Shown here one piece after another: positions 37,872 through 46,645 of a stretch of DNA of 64,000 nucleotides. Under the pieces are notes generated by a model. That model saw only the letters and a list, made by a program, of their open reading frames with translations. It was not told the origin of the DNA and searched no databases. Made by a program: the position numbers and the translations under genes. The number at the start of each line of letters is the position of its first letter. Within the stretch, counting starts at the first letter, position 1. The DNA is from a bacterium (lineage in GTDB: Bacteria; Oederibacteriota; PGYV01): positions 18,195 through 82,194 of the forward strand of contig JAKQNO010000138.1 in NCBI GenBank assembly GCA_029565735.1. Direction: 5' to 3'.

Positions 37872-38690
37872 ATGAATAAATCAAAGATACGCGTCTGCAC
37901 GGCAAGTTTCACTGACCCCACCTGGAACGGGGTTATTTACCCTGACGGTTTAAAACCCCGGCAGGAGCTTTCCTACTATCAAAAAGAACTTGGTTTTAAT
38001 TGCGTTGAAATTGACGTTACCTTTTACGCCCTTATTTCCCCCAAATCCGCCGCAGGAATGGAAAGAAAAACATCCGATGATTTTGAATTTATCGTAAAGG
38101 CTTTTAAGGGCATAACACATGACCCGTTTATCCAAAAAAACGCCGGCAGTAAAACCGCTTTAAACGAGGCAGAAAAATATATCGAAGAGTTCCTTTACAT
38201 CATAAAACCCTTTAAAGATAAGGATAAACTGGGATGCGTATTGCTTCAGTTCCCCGGTTTTTTTCTGCCTTCAGATGAAAATTACAGATATTTAGAGTTA
38301 TGCAGGTCCGCGTTCAGGGATACACCCATGTCCGTGGAATTCAGAAATGAAAAATGGGCCACGGAAGAAACTTATGATTTTCTGAAAAAACACAGCCTTG
38401 GCTGCTGCAACGTTGACGAGCCGCACGTTAATCACATGATGCCTTTTTTAAACCGTCTTACATCCAATATTGCTTTTTTCAGATTTCACGGCAGAAACAA
38501 AAACTGGCAGTATTTACCAAAAGAAGAAAAAGTGGAGTATGACTATACTAACGAAGAACTTGAATTCTTTGCCAAAGAAATCCTAAAATCCGCCGCTTTA
38601 GCTGATAAGGTTTACGTTGTCTTCAACAACAACTACGCCGGCTTATCCGTAAAAAACGCGGTAAAATTAAAACAGATACTAAATTTATAA
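37872..38690 (+). CDS. DUF72 family protein (UPF0759)
   Basis: N-terminal IRVCTASFTDPTWNGVIYP and overall ~270-aa DUF72 pattern. Confidence 0.65.
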   Translation: MNKSKIRVCTASFTDPTWNGVIYPDGLKPRQELSYYQKELGFNCVEIDVTFYALISPKSAAGMERKTSDDFEFIVKAFKGITHDPFIQKNAGSKTALNEAEKYIEEFLYIIKPFKDKDKLGCVLLQFPGFFLPSDENYRYLELCRSAFRDTPMSVEFRNEKWATEETYDFLKKHSLGCCNVDEPHVNHMMPFLNRLTSNIAFFRFHGRNKNWQYLPKEEKVEYDYTNEELEFFAKEILKSAALADKVYVVFNNNYAGLSVKNAVKLKQILNL

Positions 38691-40637
38691 TTAAACCCGT
38701 ACCCCGTCCACCCTCTTTAACTCCCCTTCGCATCCTCCGGCCGCGTTATCCGCGGATTTTACAAACTCAAAAACATTATGCATAAGGATTGTGTCGCTTT
38801 CCATGCCTGTTATTTCAGCAATATGCGTTACCTTTCTTTTTCCGTCTTTAAACCTTGCCTGCTGGACCACTATATTAATCGCGCTTTTTATCTGTTCCCT
38901 TATCGCCCTTACAGGAAGGTCCATCCCCGCCATTAACACCATAACCTCCACTCTTGACAGCGCATCGCGCGGCGAATTGGCGTGAACCGTTGTCATTGAA
39001 CCGTCATGGCCGGTGTTCATTGCCTGAAGCATATCAAGCGCTTCCCCGCCGCGGCACTCGCCAACCACTATCCTGTCCGGCCTCATCCTTAATGAATTTT
39101 TTACCAGTTCCCTTATTGTAATTTCGCCCTTTCCTTCAATATTTGACGGCCTTGATTCAAGCCTTACAACGTGTTCCTGCGGAAGCCTAAGCTCCGCGGA
39201 ATCTTCAATTGTCACTATTCTTTCATCAGCCGGTATAAAAGATGATATGACATTTAAAAGCGTTGTCTTGCCCGAACCGGTGCCTCCGGATATAAGTATA
39301 TTTTTTCTGCGCCTGACACATTCTTCAAGATAATCCGCAGCCTGCCGGGTAAGGCTTTTGTAATCAACAAGGTCGCTTACGGTAAGTTTATTTTTGGAAA
39401 ATTTCCTTATTGTAATTACAGGCCCGTCCAGAGCAAGCGGAGGTATAACCGCGTTTACCCTTGACCCATCGGCAAGCCTTGCGTCAACATATGGCCTGCT
39501 TTCATCAATACGCCTGCCTATAGGCGTGACAATCCTTTCTATCGCCCTTATCACCGCCTGACCGTCGGTGAATTCCCTGCCTGAATCCTTTATTTTTCCG
39601 CCTTTTTCAATGAATATTTTATCGTGCCCGTTTACCATTATTTCGCTGATATCATCATCCCTTAGAAGTTCCTGTATAGCGCCCAATCCGGTTACTTCAT
39701 CAAATATTTCACCGGCAATTTTATCCCTGTCGTTTAAAATGTGTATCATACCTGTTTCGTCTATGACGGATTTTATTTTTTGCCTTATATCAGTGTTAAA
39801 TTTTTCTTTGGCAGCCGGATCAATCATCATCTGGCTTTCAATCTTTCTCATATCAAACGCTTCATATAATTTTCTGCTTATTTCTTTTTTCAGTTCCGCC
39901 CTGCCATTTTTAAAATTATCCGGCGTTTCTTTTTTTGTATCAATATTATCATCCGCCCAGGTAATAAAGGATTTTTTTTCGCTGTTTGACGCTGTTTTTT
40001 TGACAATATCGCCCATAATGCTTTTAAATTCATGAAAAAACAGCCCTTTTGCCTTTCCGCTTATAAGTAGCCTGCCGTTTTTCTGAAAATCTGAAACTTC
40101 TTTATCATAAGGGAGAATGCCCGAGACATTAAAAGGTCCAAAAATTTCTTTCAAATCCTCTTTTTTCAGAAACCCGCCGTCTATCTTATTTACCAGAATA
40201 TCAATTCGCTGTACCGGGAAACCGTCCTGCCGCAGTTTTTCCGCAGTGTAAATAGCGTGTTTTAAATCCGGTTGGGATAAAACAGCCGGTATTATTATCC
40301 TGTCAGAAACTTCTATAACAGATTTTTCCGGCAGGCTGTCCGAATCAATTATGACAGCGTCAAAACTCCCTGCTTTAAAAATGTCCTTAAGGCCTGCAGT
40401 GTCTCCGCATTCAAGATAAACATTCGCTGATTTATGTTTAAAAATAAGAGGTTTATCAGTTTTTTCAAACACTCCGGATGTGCCGTATACCGCCTCCCCG
40501 TCATTAACATGCTTCCGGCACTCAAAAATTAAGACCTTAGCCGCTTTATCCGCCGCAAAATATTCTGCCAGATTAAAAGCAAACGTGGTTTTTCCGGAGC
40601 CGCTTCTGGAGTTAGCGAATGTAATTATCTTATTCAT
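38691..40637 (-). CDS. Tad/Flp pilus secretion ATPase TadA/CpaF fused to an N-terminal TadZ/CpaE-like (MinD/ParA-type) domain
   Basis: N-terminal ~230 aa with deviant Walker A SRSGSGKTT and AVIIDSD. C-terminal VirB11/CpaF module with Walker A ISGGTGSGKTTLLN, Asp/His boxes and VVGECRGGEA. Confidence 0.75.
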   Translation of the reverse strand: MNKIITFANSRSGSGKTTFAFNLAEYFAADKAAKVLIFECRKHVNDGEAVYGTSGVFEKTDKPLIFKHKSANVYLECGDTAGLKDIFKAGSFDAVIIDSDSLPEKSVIEVSDRIIIPAVLSQPDLKHAIYTAEKLRQDGFPVQRIDILVNKIDGGFLKKEDLKEIFGPFNVSGILPYDKEVSDFQKNGRLLISGKAKGLFFHEFKSIMGDIVKKTASNSEKKSFITWADDNIDTKKETPDNFKNGRAELKKEISRKLYEAFDMRKIESQMMIDPAAKEKFNTDIRQKIKSVIDETGMIHILNDRDKIAGEIFDEVTGLGAIQELLRDDDISEIMVNGHDKIFIEKGGKIKDSGREFTDGQAVIRAIERIVTPIGRRIDESRPYVDARLADGSRVNAVIPPLALDGPVITIRKFSKNKLTVSDLVDYKSLTRQAADYLEECVRRRKNILISGGTGSGKTTLLNVISSFIPADERIVTIEDSAELRLPQEHVVRLESRPSNIEGKGEITIRELVKNSLRMRPDRIVVGECRGGEALDMLQAMNTGHDGSMTTVHANSPRDALSRVEVMVLMAGMDLPVRAIREQIKSAINIVVQQARFKDGKRKVTHIAEITGMESDTILMHNVFEFVKSADNAAGGCEGELKRVDGVRV

Positions 40638-41719
40638 TATACTTCACCGGTGTCTATAACTTTTGTGGTCACAAATATTACAAGTTCCGTCCTGCGGGTT
40701 TCTTTATGCGTGTTTTTAAAAAGTTCGCCAAGCACAGGTATGCCTGAAAGCACGGGAACGCCGCCTGATACCATTACATCTTCATTCTGTATTAATCCCG
40801 CAATCACTATTGTATCTTCCGGCGTTACCGAAATGGTTGTTCCCGCCCATCTTGTTTTTAGCGCCGGCATTACTCCGGAACCCAGGCTTATCGCATTGGC
40901 GTAATCAAGATTGCTTACTTCAGCCTTAAGTTCCGCCTTAATATGCCCGTTTTTCTTTAATTCCGGCTGTATTTCAAGCGATATTCCGTATTCTTTCCAC
41001 TCTATATTTGCGTTGCCGTCTTTATCAACAAGCGCGACCGGCATTTCTCCTCCGGATAAAAACTTGGCTTTATTTCCGCTTGAAGTAAGAATTTTGGGCT
41101 TTGCCAATATTTTGCCGTAATTATTTTTCACCATAAAATCAAGCAGTAAATTAATATTGCCCCTTGAAAACTTTCCAAAGGCCAAAAGCGGCGCGCCGCT
41201 TTCCGCCACATTCAGCGGCCCTAACAGGCCCGCGCCGGCGCCTTCTTTATCTTCTGCGGCTCCGCCAATCAGCGTGGGCCAATCCAGCCCTATATCAGAA
41301 GTGTCGTTCCCGCTTATTTCCATAACCTGAACGGATACTTCTATCATCTGTTCCGATGATGCCGGCTTTTTTACGTTTACAAGAATTGTTTCCAGGCCGT
41401 TTTTTCCCTGTATATTTACCGCGCTTACGCCTTCTTTTTTCCCTTCTATAATAATCTCTTTTTTGGAAATTATAATGGCTGAAGCTATCTCTTCCCTTAT
41501 AACCTCCACTTTTTCCGCTTCATCAGTTTTAATAACTTTTGAACCGCCAACTTTTACGGTTATTGACCTTCCATCCGCGAAAATGGTTACTGCTTGAAAA
41601 ATTAAAAATATGCAAAAACAAAGCAACACCTTTAAAACTTTACATTCTTGGTTTAATTTCATTCTCAGATACTTCCTTTCTGCCGGGAGACCCCATAATA
41701 TATTCTTTTTTAAGTTCAT
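40637..41719 (-). CDS. Tad pilus secretin CpaC/RcpA family (short form)
   Basis: Secretin C-terminal domain GGVPVLSGIPVLGELFKNTHKETRRTELVIFVTTKVI. Preceded by a BON-like N domain. Confidence 0.75.
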   Translation of the reverse strand: MNLKKNILWGLPAERKYLRMKLNQECKVLKVLLCFCIFLIFQAVTIFADGRSITVKVGGSKVIKTDEAEKVEVIREEIASAIIISKKEIIIEGKKEGVSAVNIQGKNGLETILVNVKKPASSEQMIEVSVQVMEISGNDTSDIGLDWPTLIGGAAEDKEGAGAGLLGPLNVAESGAPLLAFGKFSRGNINLLLDFMVKNNYGKILAKPKILTSSGNKAKFLSGGEMPVALVDKDGNANIEWKEYGISLEIQPELKKNGHIKAELKAEVSNLDYANAISLGSGVMPALKTRWAGTTISVTPEDTIVIAGLIQNEDVMVSGGVPVLSGIPVLGELFKNTHKETRRTELVIFVTTKVIDTGEV

Positions 41720-42458
41720 CTTCGCTTTTCTCGTTGGATTTTATCTGTTTCATAAGGTCATTAAACGACGCAAGCCTGACACTCTCCTTAATCCTGTCGC
41801 CAAGAGGCCTTAACGCAAGGTTAATTCTGCCTTTATCTTTCGCGAATGTCAGAATTTCAGCCTCTTCCGGGGTCAACGCCAGTGTTATGGAATTGTAATC
41901 ACCCTGTGTTTCATTGCCTTTAAAATTCGCCCCCACTCCTATCACCTTTACAGACTGCAGTATAGTGGCGGTTGCCGTATATAACCTTTGATTCTCGGCG
42001 GTTTCAAATGTCAGCAGTATGTCAACGTTATCGCCGGGTTTAATCATGAATCCCACGCCGGATTCTTCATCAACAGAAACAGTCATTGCCCTCAGCCCGG
42101 TGGGAATTGACATGTTAAGTTCGGTTCCTCTGTCGCTTATTTTATTCATTAAAATGGGCTCGCCTTTGATAAACGGCACTATTGTAAGTTTTGATTCAGC
42201 CTGCTTAATGTCAGTTATATGGGCTTTGGTCACAAATTTGGCCGGCATTTCAATGAATTCAACGCTGTTCTTATCTATTTCGGAATTCGCCGAAATATAA
42301 CCTGCCGCGGCAAGGACTTTAACAGGGTTCATCCCTGCCATTAAATTATTCTCTTTCCAGGTCAGAAATCCGTATCCGCTTCCGGCGGCAATAAGCCCGC
42401 AGGCAAGCGACAGTATCAAAAGCCTGTTTTCTTTACTTATTTTTTCTGTAAATTTCAA
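41640..42458 (-). CDS. Flp pilus assembly protein CpaB/RcpC
   Basis: N-terminal TM anchor. SAF-like/CpaB organisation. Position upstream of the secretin. Confidence 0.55.
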   Translation of the reverse strand: MKFTEKISKENRLLILSLACGLIAAGSGYGFLTWKENNLMAGMNPVKVLAAAGYISANSEIDKNSVEFIEMPAKFVTKAHITDIKQAESKLTIVPFIKGEPILMNKISDRGTELNMSIPTGLRAMTVSVDEESGVGFMIKPGDNVDILLTFETAENQRLYTATATILQSVKVIGVGANFKGNETQGDYNSITLALTPEEAEILTFAKDKGRINLALRPLGDRIKESVRLASFNDLMKQIKSNEKSEDELKKEYIMGSPGRKEVSENEIKPRM

Positions 42459-42476
42459 TTTTCCCTCCTGTTATTT

Positions 42477-43223
42477 TCATCCGATTACACAGACGGTATA
42501 ATTTCCGCCTTCGCCGTTATAATTTACCGTTATAGAAACAGACCGGTTTTTCTTCTGTGCCAGAAAGTATCCGTTATCAGCACCCAAATAGGCCGCGCCG
42601 ATAACCCATTTATCTTTTTCAAGACGCGCCCTGTAATCGCTTAATACGGTTCCCGCGCTGTCCGCTGCCAAAGTATATGTGTTTGCAAAATGAATTGTTT
42701 GATTGCCCGACAAAAGTTCAACGCTTTCCGTAATCTTAACACCTTTGGGATGGCTGATTTCATCGTCAAAAAAAACAGCTTTATCCGTTCTGTATGCCTG
42801 CGGCATAGTGACAATCACTATCAGGCTTCCTTTTTGCGCCTGTGCGATTCCGGCCGCCGTAAGGCATCCATTTTTTTCGGTTACATATATATCCATATCT
42901 TCCGCGGCTGTATCCGGAAGTAACGCCTTAAAAACAGCCGCATAACCGCCCGCATTGCCTTTCATCAAAACAGGGACGCTGTTTTTTTCGGCAAATACTT
43001 TTGCCGCCGCTTCAGGAGCAAGCGCCGAGGCAAACCTTTCAATTTTTACAAAACTGCCGTTAATTCTTGCACTGATTTCGCCGCTGCATTTAAAATCCGC
43101 CATTCTGACGCCGGGTTCTTCCAATTCTTCGGACTTATCATAAATAAATGAAAAAAGGCCTGCCGGAATCAGGATAACTATCAGGCTAATGTACAGGCGC
43201 TTCATCGGATACCTCCATTCCAT
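42477..43223 (-). CDS. Hypothetical secreted protein embedded in the tad locus
   Basis: N-terminal hydrophobic anchor. No recognisable domain. Confidence 0.35.
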   Translation of the reverse strand: MEWRYPMKRLYISLIVILIPAGLFSFIYDKSEELEEPGVRMADFKCSGEISARINGSFVKIERFASALAPEAAAKVFAEKNSVPVLMKGNAGGYAAVFKALLPDTAAEDMDIYVTEKNGCLTAAGIAQAQKGSLIVIVTMPQAYRTDKAVFFDDEISHPKGVKITESVELLSGNQTIHFANTYTLAADSAGTVLSDYRARLEKDKWVIGAAYLGADNGYFLAQKKNRSVSITVNYNGEGGNYTVCVIG

Positions 43224-43698
43224 ATTCCCTTACTTTTTCCGCCTGTTTTTCTGTCAGCACAAATTTTAAAGGCCCGCCTTTCGCCGAATAGATGCTTGTC
43301 TTTAATTTTATGCCCTCTTTTCCCGTAATTTTTTCAAAGACGGGCGAAGTTTTGCATATGTATTCCAGATTAATTGTGACGCCGGTAAAATTTTCCATCA
43401 AATCGCCCAGAATCCCTTTTTGTTCCGGTTTTTCGCCTTCACCCGTTGAAACCGCAAGCAAATCCGGATTTAACCCTTCAGCGGCAGCATACTCTTTGGC
43501 AAAACTTTCAAGCATTTCCGGCTTCTCTGATTCTGATGTTATAAATCTCATCAGCTCGCGTTCAACCATCGCCAGCTTAACGCGGTCAAGGGATATGGAT
43601 GCAAATTGAATTATTCCAAACAGCATCAGAATCAGTAAAGGCAGGACTATAATAAACTCCGCCATTGCCTGGCCTTTGTATCGGTTTATGGCAGTCAA
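43186..43698 (-). CDS. TadE-like pseudopilin
   Basis: N-terminal TadE-like domain AEFIIVLPLLILMLFGIIQF. Confidence 0.55.
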   Translation of the reverse strand: MTAINRYKGQAMAEFIIVLPLLILMLFGIIQFASISLDRVKLAMVERELMRFITSESEKPEMLESFAKEYAAAEGLNPDLLAVSTGEGEKPEQKGILGDLMENFTGVTINLEYICKTSPVFEKITGKEGIKLKTSIYSAKGGPLKFVLTEKQAEKVREYGMEVSDEAPVH

Positions 43699-44711
43699 TT
43701 TATTCCCGCCCTTTCTTTTAAAATTTTTCCGACAGAATCAAGTTCCCCGCCTGATCCGGGAATCTGTTTTTGTATATCTTCAGCGGCATCCATTAAACCG
43801 GACAGGCCGAAATCCGGTATTTTAACGGGCACAAGAGACGCCTGATATGAAGCGCCGTTTATGTCCAGAATATCCATGGTTCCTCCGGCTGCGCCGGCCA
43901 TTGACAGCGCGACAAAATACTTTTTTTTGCCGCCATTTTTAAAGAACCTGTTATTTAATAACAAACCGGACTTTTCCCTGCAGGCGATGACCAGAACAGT
44001 GTGTTCGGCGGATTTTTCTTTTACATCAAGCGGAATAAGGCCCTTTTCTTCTTTCAATATCCTTGAAGGGCCGCCGTATCCTTTTTTGGTTATATGCCCT
44101 CCCTTTCCATGGGAAAGGTTTTCATCCCATCTGACGTCATCCTTATCCACATATATCTTCTTGCCGTCGCTCTTTCTTTTATATGAATACTTTCCGGGAA
44201 CATCCTTATCCGGAACAAGAAGTTCTGACGCATATCTGCGTTCAAGGTTAAACGAAGGCAGATAATTATTATCTTCGTTATTAACATTAAAAACAGGTAT
44301 GCACGCAGAGCCGTTATTGATGCCGTTTCTGATAACCGCGGCAGACAGCAAAAGCGGCGCCGGTTTAATGGGCAATTTATCAAAATCACCGGTTCCGGCA
44401 AAAGCATCCTGCACCTTCTGAACCGCTTCAACCGTCTTCAAAGCGCCTTTTAAACCCGCTATTTCACATATTGTTGCCGCCAATGCCGAGACCGCAAGTA
44501 TCTTATTGCTTATAGAGACAATATTAAGGCTTCTTGCGTACCAAAGCCCGGCTTCAACAGCGGCAGAATCAGCGGCATTCTGCGCTTTAATTTTTTCAAA
44601 GACCACATTGCCCGTTTCAACCGTTAGAATAACGGCCATAAATAAAGCCACCACAGCCAGTATGGCCGGAACAAGAATCTGGCCTTTATTTCCTGTTATA
44701 TTTCTTTTCAT
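43695..44711 (-). CDS. TadG-like pilus assembly protein
   Basis: N-terminal GQILVPAILAVVALFMAVILTVETG...AQNAADSAAVEAGLW pattern typical of TadG. Confidence 0.5.
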   Translation of the reverse strand: MKRNITGNKGQILVPAILAVVALFMAVILTVETGNVVFEKIKAQNAADSAAVEAGLWYARSLNIVSISNKILAVSALAATICEIAGLKGALKTVEAVQKVQDAFAGTGDFDKLPIKPAPLLLSAAVIRNGINNGSACIPVFNVNNEDNNYLPSFNLERRYASELLVPDKDVPGKYSYKRKSDGKKIYVDKDDVRWDENLSHGKGGHITKKGYGGPSRILKEEKGLIPLDVKEKSAEHTVLVIACREKSGLLLNNRFFKNGGKKKYFVALSMAGAAGGTMDILDINGASYQASLVPVKIPDFGLSGLMDAAEDIQKQIPGSGGELDSVGKILKERAGIN

Positions 44712-45244
44712 TCCAGCCTCATCACTGCGGAGGCTTTTATTGTATAAAAAGGATAACCAAGATAAGCGGCGGAGTAATTTACGGGTTTTTTCTGAAACAT
44801 CCCGAATATATTTTTTACAACCGGCACTTTTAACGGCATGTTGTATGAAACTATAACACTTAAAAAAGCGCTGTTAACTGAATTTTGAAATTGCGTTTCT
44901 GTTATAACGGCCTGTTGGTTAAACCCGGCAAATTTTATAATTTTAACCGCAGCCATGCTTTTAAAGTTTGAAGCAATCATATCGGCAGAATCACCGGAAT
45001 AGTTATTTGCCGCGTCAAACATATAACCCGCAAAGGCATTTGTTTTTTCGGCGTATAACGGCCTTTCATCCGCCTGCCTTACAACCATGGAACGTACGGT
45101 TATATAAGCCGCGTATTTTACCATCGCGTAATTAATAAATATAAGCGTAAGCTGCGCCATACCCAGAGTTAACAGTAAAAAAAACGGCAATATGGCGCAA
45201 AATTCAACAACGCTTTGCCCTTTGTTTTCCGTAAAATTTTTCAT
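44708..45244 (-). CDS. TadE-like pseudopilin
   Basis: GQSVVEFCAILPFFLLLTLGMAQL TadE-like N-terminus. Confidence 0.55.
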   Translation of the reverse strand: MKNFTENKGQSVVEFCAILPFFLLLTLGMAQLTLIFINYAMVKYAAYITVRSMVVRQADERPLYAEKTNAFAGYMFDAANNYSGDSADMIASNFKSMAAVKIIKFAGFNQQAVITETQFQNSVNSAFLSVIVSYNMPLKVPVVKNIFGMFQKKPVNYSAAYLGYPFYTIKASAVMRLE

Positions 45245-45251
45245 TAGTTAT

Positions 45252-45285
45252 AAAAAAATAAGGGTGTTTTTTCAAAAACACCCTT
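45252..45285 (-). terminator. Intrinsic terminator/attenuator immediately after the flp pilin gene
   Basis: Stem AAGGGTGTTTTT/AAAAACACCCTT followed by ATTTTTTTAT on the minus strand. Confidence 0.5.
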
Positions 45286-45298
45286 ATGTCTTTCCTCC

Positions 45299-45511
45299 TT
45301 AAATTCCGCCTTTTGAATTGTTCCCTTTGTTTATACCTGAATCCACTGATTTTTCAATTGTTTCAGCGGAATCATTAAAACCTTTTTTTACTTTCTGGCC
45401 AAAAAACTTTACACCGCCTATCACAAACAGCGCTATCAGGGCGATAATAAGTATGTATTCTGTCATCCCCTGCCCTTTTTTTGACTTAATAAGATTTTTC
45501 AATTTGTTCAC
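45299..45511 (-). CDS. flp: Flp/Fap family type IVb pilin (prepilin)
   Basis: Leader MNKLKNLIKSKKGQG with G/XXXXEY processing motif (G|QGMTEY), followed by a hydrophobic helix. GTG start with GGGAGG upstream. Confidence 0.7.
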   Translation of the reverse strand: MNKLKNLIKSKKGQGMTEYILIIALIALFVIGGVKFFGQKVKKGFNDSAETIEKSVDSGINKGNNSKGGI

Positions 45512-45521
45512 CCCCTCCCGA

Positions 45522-45686
45522 TTATGGAATTATTGGAATTAAAAAGATATTGATTACATGTTCAAGAAAACCGTTAATTAATTGCTGTAAAAAACCGCTT
45601 AAGCCGGCGCATGCCAATATTACTACGCCCGCGGCAAGCAGATATTCGGTCAATGCCTGGCCTTTATTATTTGAAATTAAGCGCAA
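45522..45686 (-). CDS. Second Flp-family pilin. Start reassigned to TTG (short form of the ORF 45522..45866)
   Basis: Contains G|QALTEYLLAAGVVILACAGL (G/XXXXEY plus hydrophobic helix). GGAG sits 9 nt upstream of the TTG. The N-terminal 60 codons of the long ORF lie directly downstream of a transcription terminator. Confidence 0.45.
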   Translation of the reverse strand: MRLISNNKGQALTEYLLAAGVVILACAGLSGFLQQLINGFLEHVINIFLIPIIP

Positions 45687-45762
45687 AATATCACGCTCCG
45701 ACCAGAAATAAAGAGATATGTGAAAAGATATAAAATGGTGTAGGATAAAATAATTTGTAATT

Positions 45763-45802
45763 CCGGTTTTACCGCGTGTTTTGCATTGCACGGTAAAACC
45801 GG
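45763..45802. promoter_or_regulatory. 12-bp perfect inverted repeat CCGGTTTTACCG-N16-CGGTAAAACCGG with a nested TGCATTGCA palindrome, in the flp upstream region
   Basis: Read directly from the sequence. Candidate operator or RNA stem-loop between the upstream terminator and the flp genes. Confidence 0.4.
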
Positions 45803-45877
45803 AACGCTGTAAAAAAATAAGCTCATAAAACCCCTCTATGTCTTCTGAGACTCTTTTGCATTTCATTTTAAAAAAAA

Positions 45878-45910
45878 CCGCAGGCGGTGTTACCCGCCTG
45901 CCGTATTTTC
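45878..45910 (-). terminator. Rho-independent terminator separating the gluconokinase-like gene from the tad locus
   Basis: Stem GCAGGCGG/CCGCCTGC (8 bp) followed by T9 on the minus strand. Confidence 0.5.
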
Positions 45911-46125
45911 CGGCACCTCGTTAATGCCGAAAAACCCCTCTACTGCCCCTGACTATAAAAACAAATTAAAACTTAAAATAACAAAGGGATTTAAACAGAA
46001 AGTTAACATTGACGTTTTAGAATATCCCGTTAGCTCGTTTGTCCCCTATGTTAAAAACAAAATTATGATATAAAAATATGCGGTTATTGTCAAGACTTTA
46101 TTTTTATGGATAAGGCTGCTTGGGA

Positions 46126-46596
46126 TTAAACAAGAATCAGTTCCGCGATTTCATCCGGAATTTTATCTTTAACATCTATTATTATGCAGTTATCCGGCTC
46201 TTCAAGGTTGTCAAACTGATACTGCAGAAGTTTAATATGGTTTTTTTTATGCCGTAACCTTTCCCTTGCTGTTTCAATATCGGTTTTGAAGTAAATAAGT
46301 TTTATCTGCGGCCTGTTTGCTATGACCGCGGCCCTTTGCTTTTCCTTTAACAGGGTGGCGGTTATAACAGCATTTTTCTGCATCGCGATTTCCATATCCA
46401 CAACAGCCCTTAAAGCAAAAACCCAATCCTTCCACTCATGCTCCGAAAGGTTTATCCCCTCATTTAACAGTTCAAGCGACTCTTCAGAATGATAATCATC
46501 GCCTTCATGATACGGGCAGTTTAACCTGTTGGCAAGTTTTTTCCCCACTGTTGTCTTGCCTGATCCTGAAACCCCTGTAATCAAATATACCATCAT
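46126..46596 (-). CDS. Gluconokinase-like P-loop kinase (GntK/IdnK family)
   Basis: P-loop GVSGSGKTTVGKKLA. ~155 aa. Overall similarity in pattern to thermoresistant gluconokinase. Confidence 0.5.
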   Translation of the reverse strand: MMVYLITGVSGSGKTTVGKKLANRLNCPYHEGDDYHSEESLELLNEGINLSEHEWKDWVFALRAVVDMEIAMQKNAVITATLLKEKQRAAVIANRPQIKLIYFKTDIETARERLRHKKNHIKLLQYQFDNLEEPDNCIIIDVKDKIPDEIAELILV

Positions 46597-46645
46597 TCCC
46601 CCAAAATGTTTTGTTACAGAATTCTATCAGTTAAAACCTCAATAA

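Noticed and set aside
38688-38693. Convergent DUF72 and tad ATPase genes with directly abutting stop codons (no intergenic terminator)
   Set aside because: Noted as unusual, but likely just compact genome packing. Nothing further is visible in the sequence.
45687-45866. N-terminal 60 codons of the long ORF 45522..45866 as part of the second pilin
   Set aside because: A strong rho-independent terminator (45878..45910) sits immediately upstream of that ATG. The extension has no pilin-like features. A TTG with an SD lies right before the G/XXXXEY motif, so only the short form is credible.
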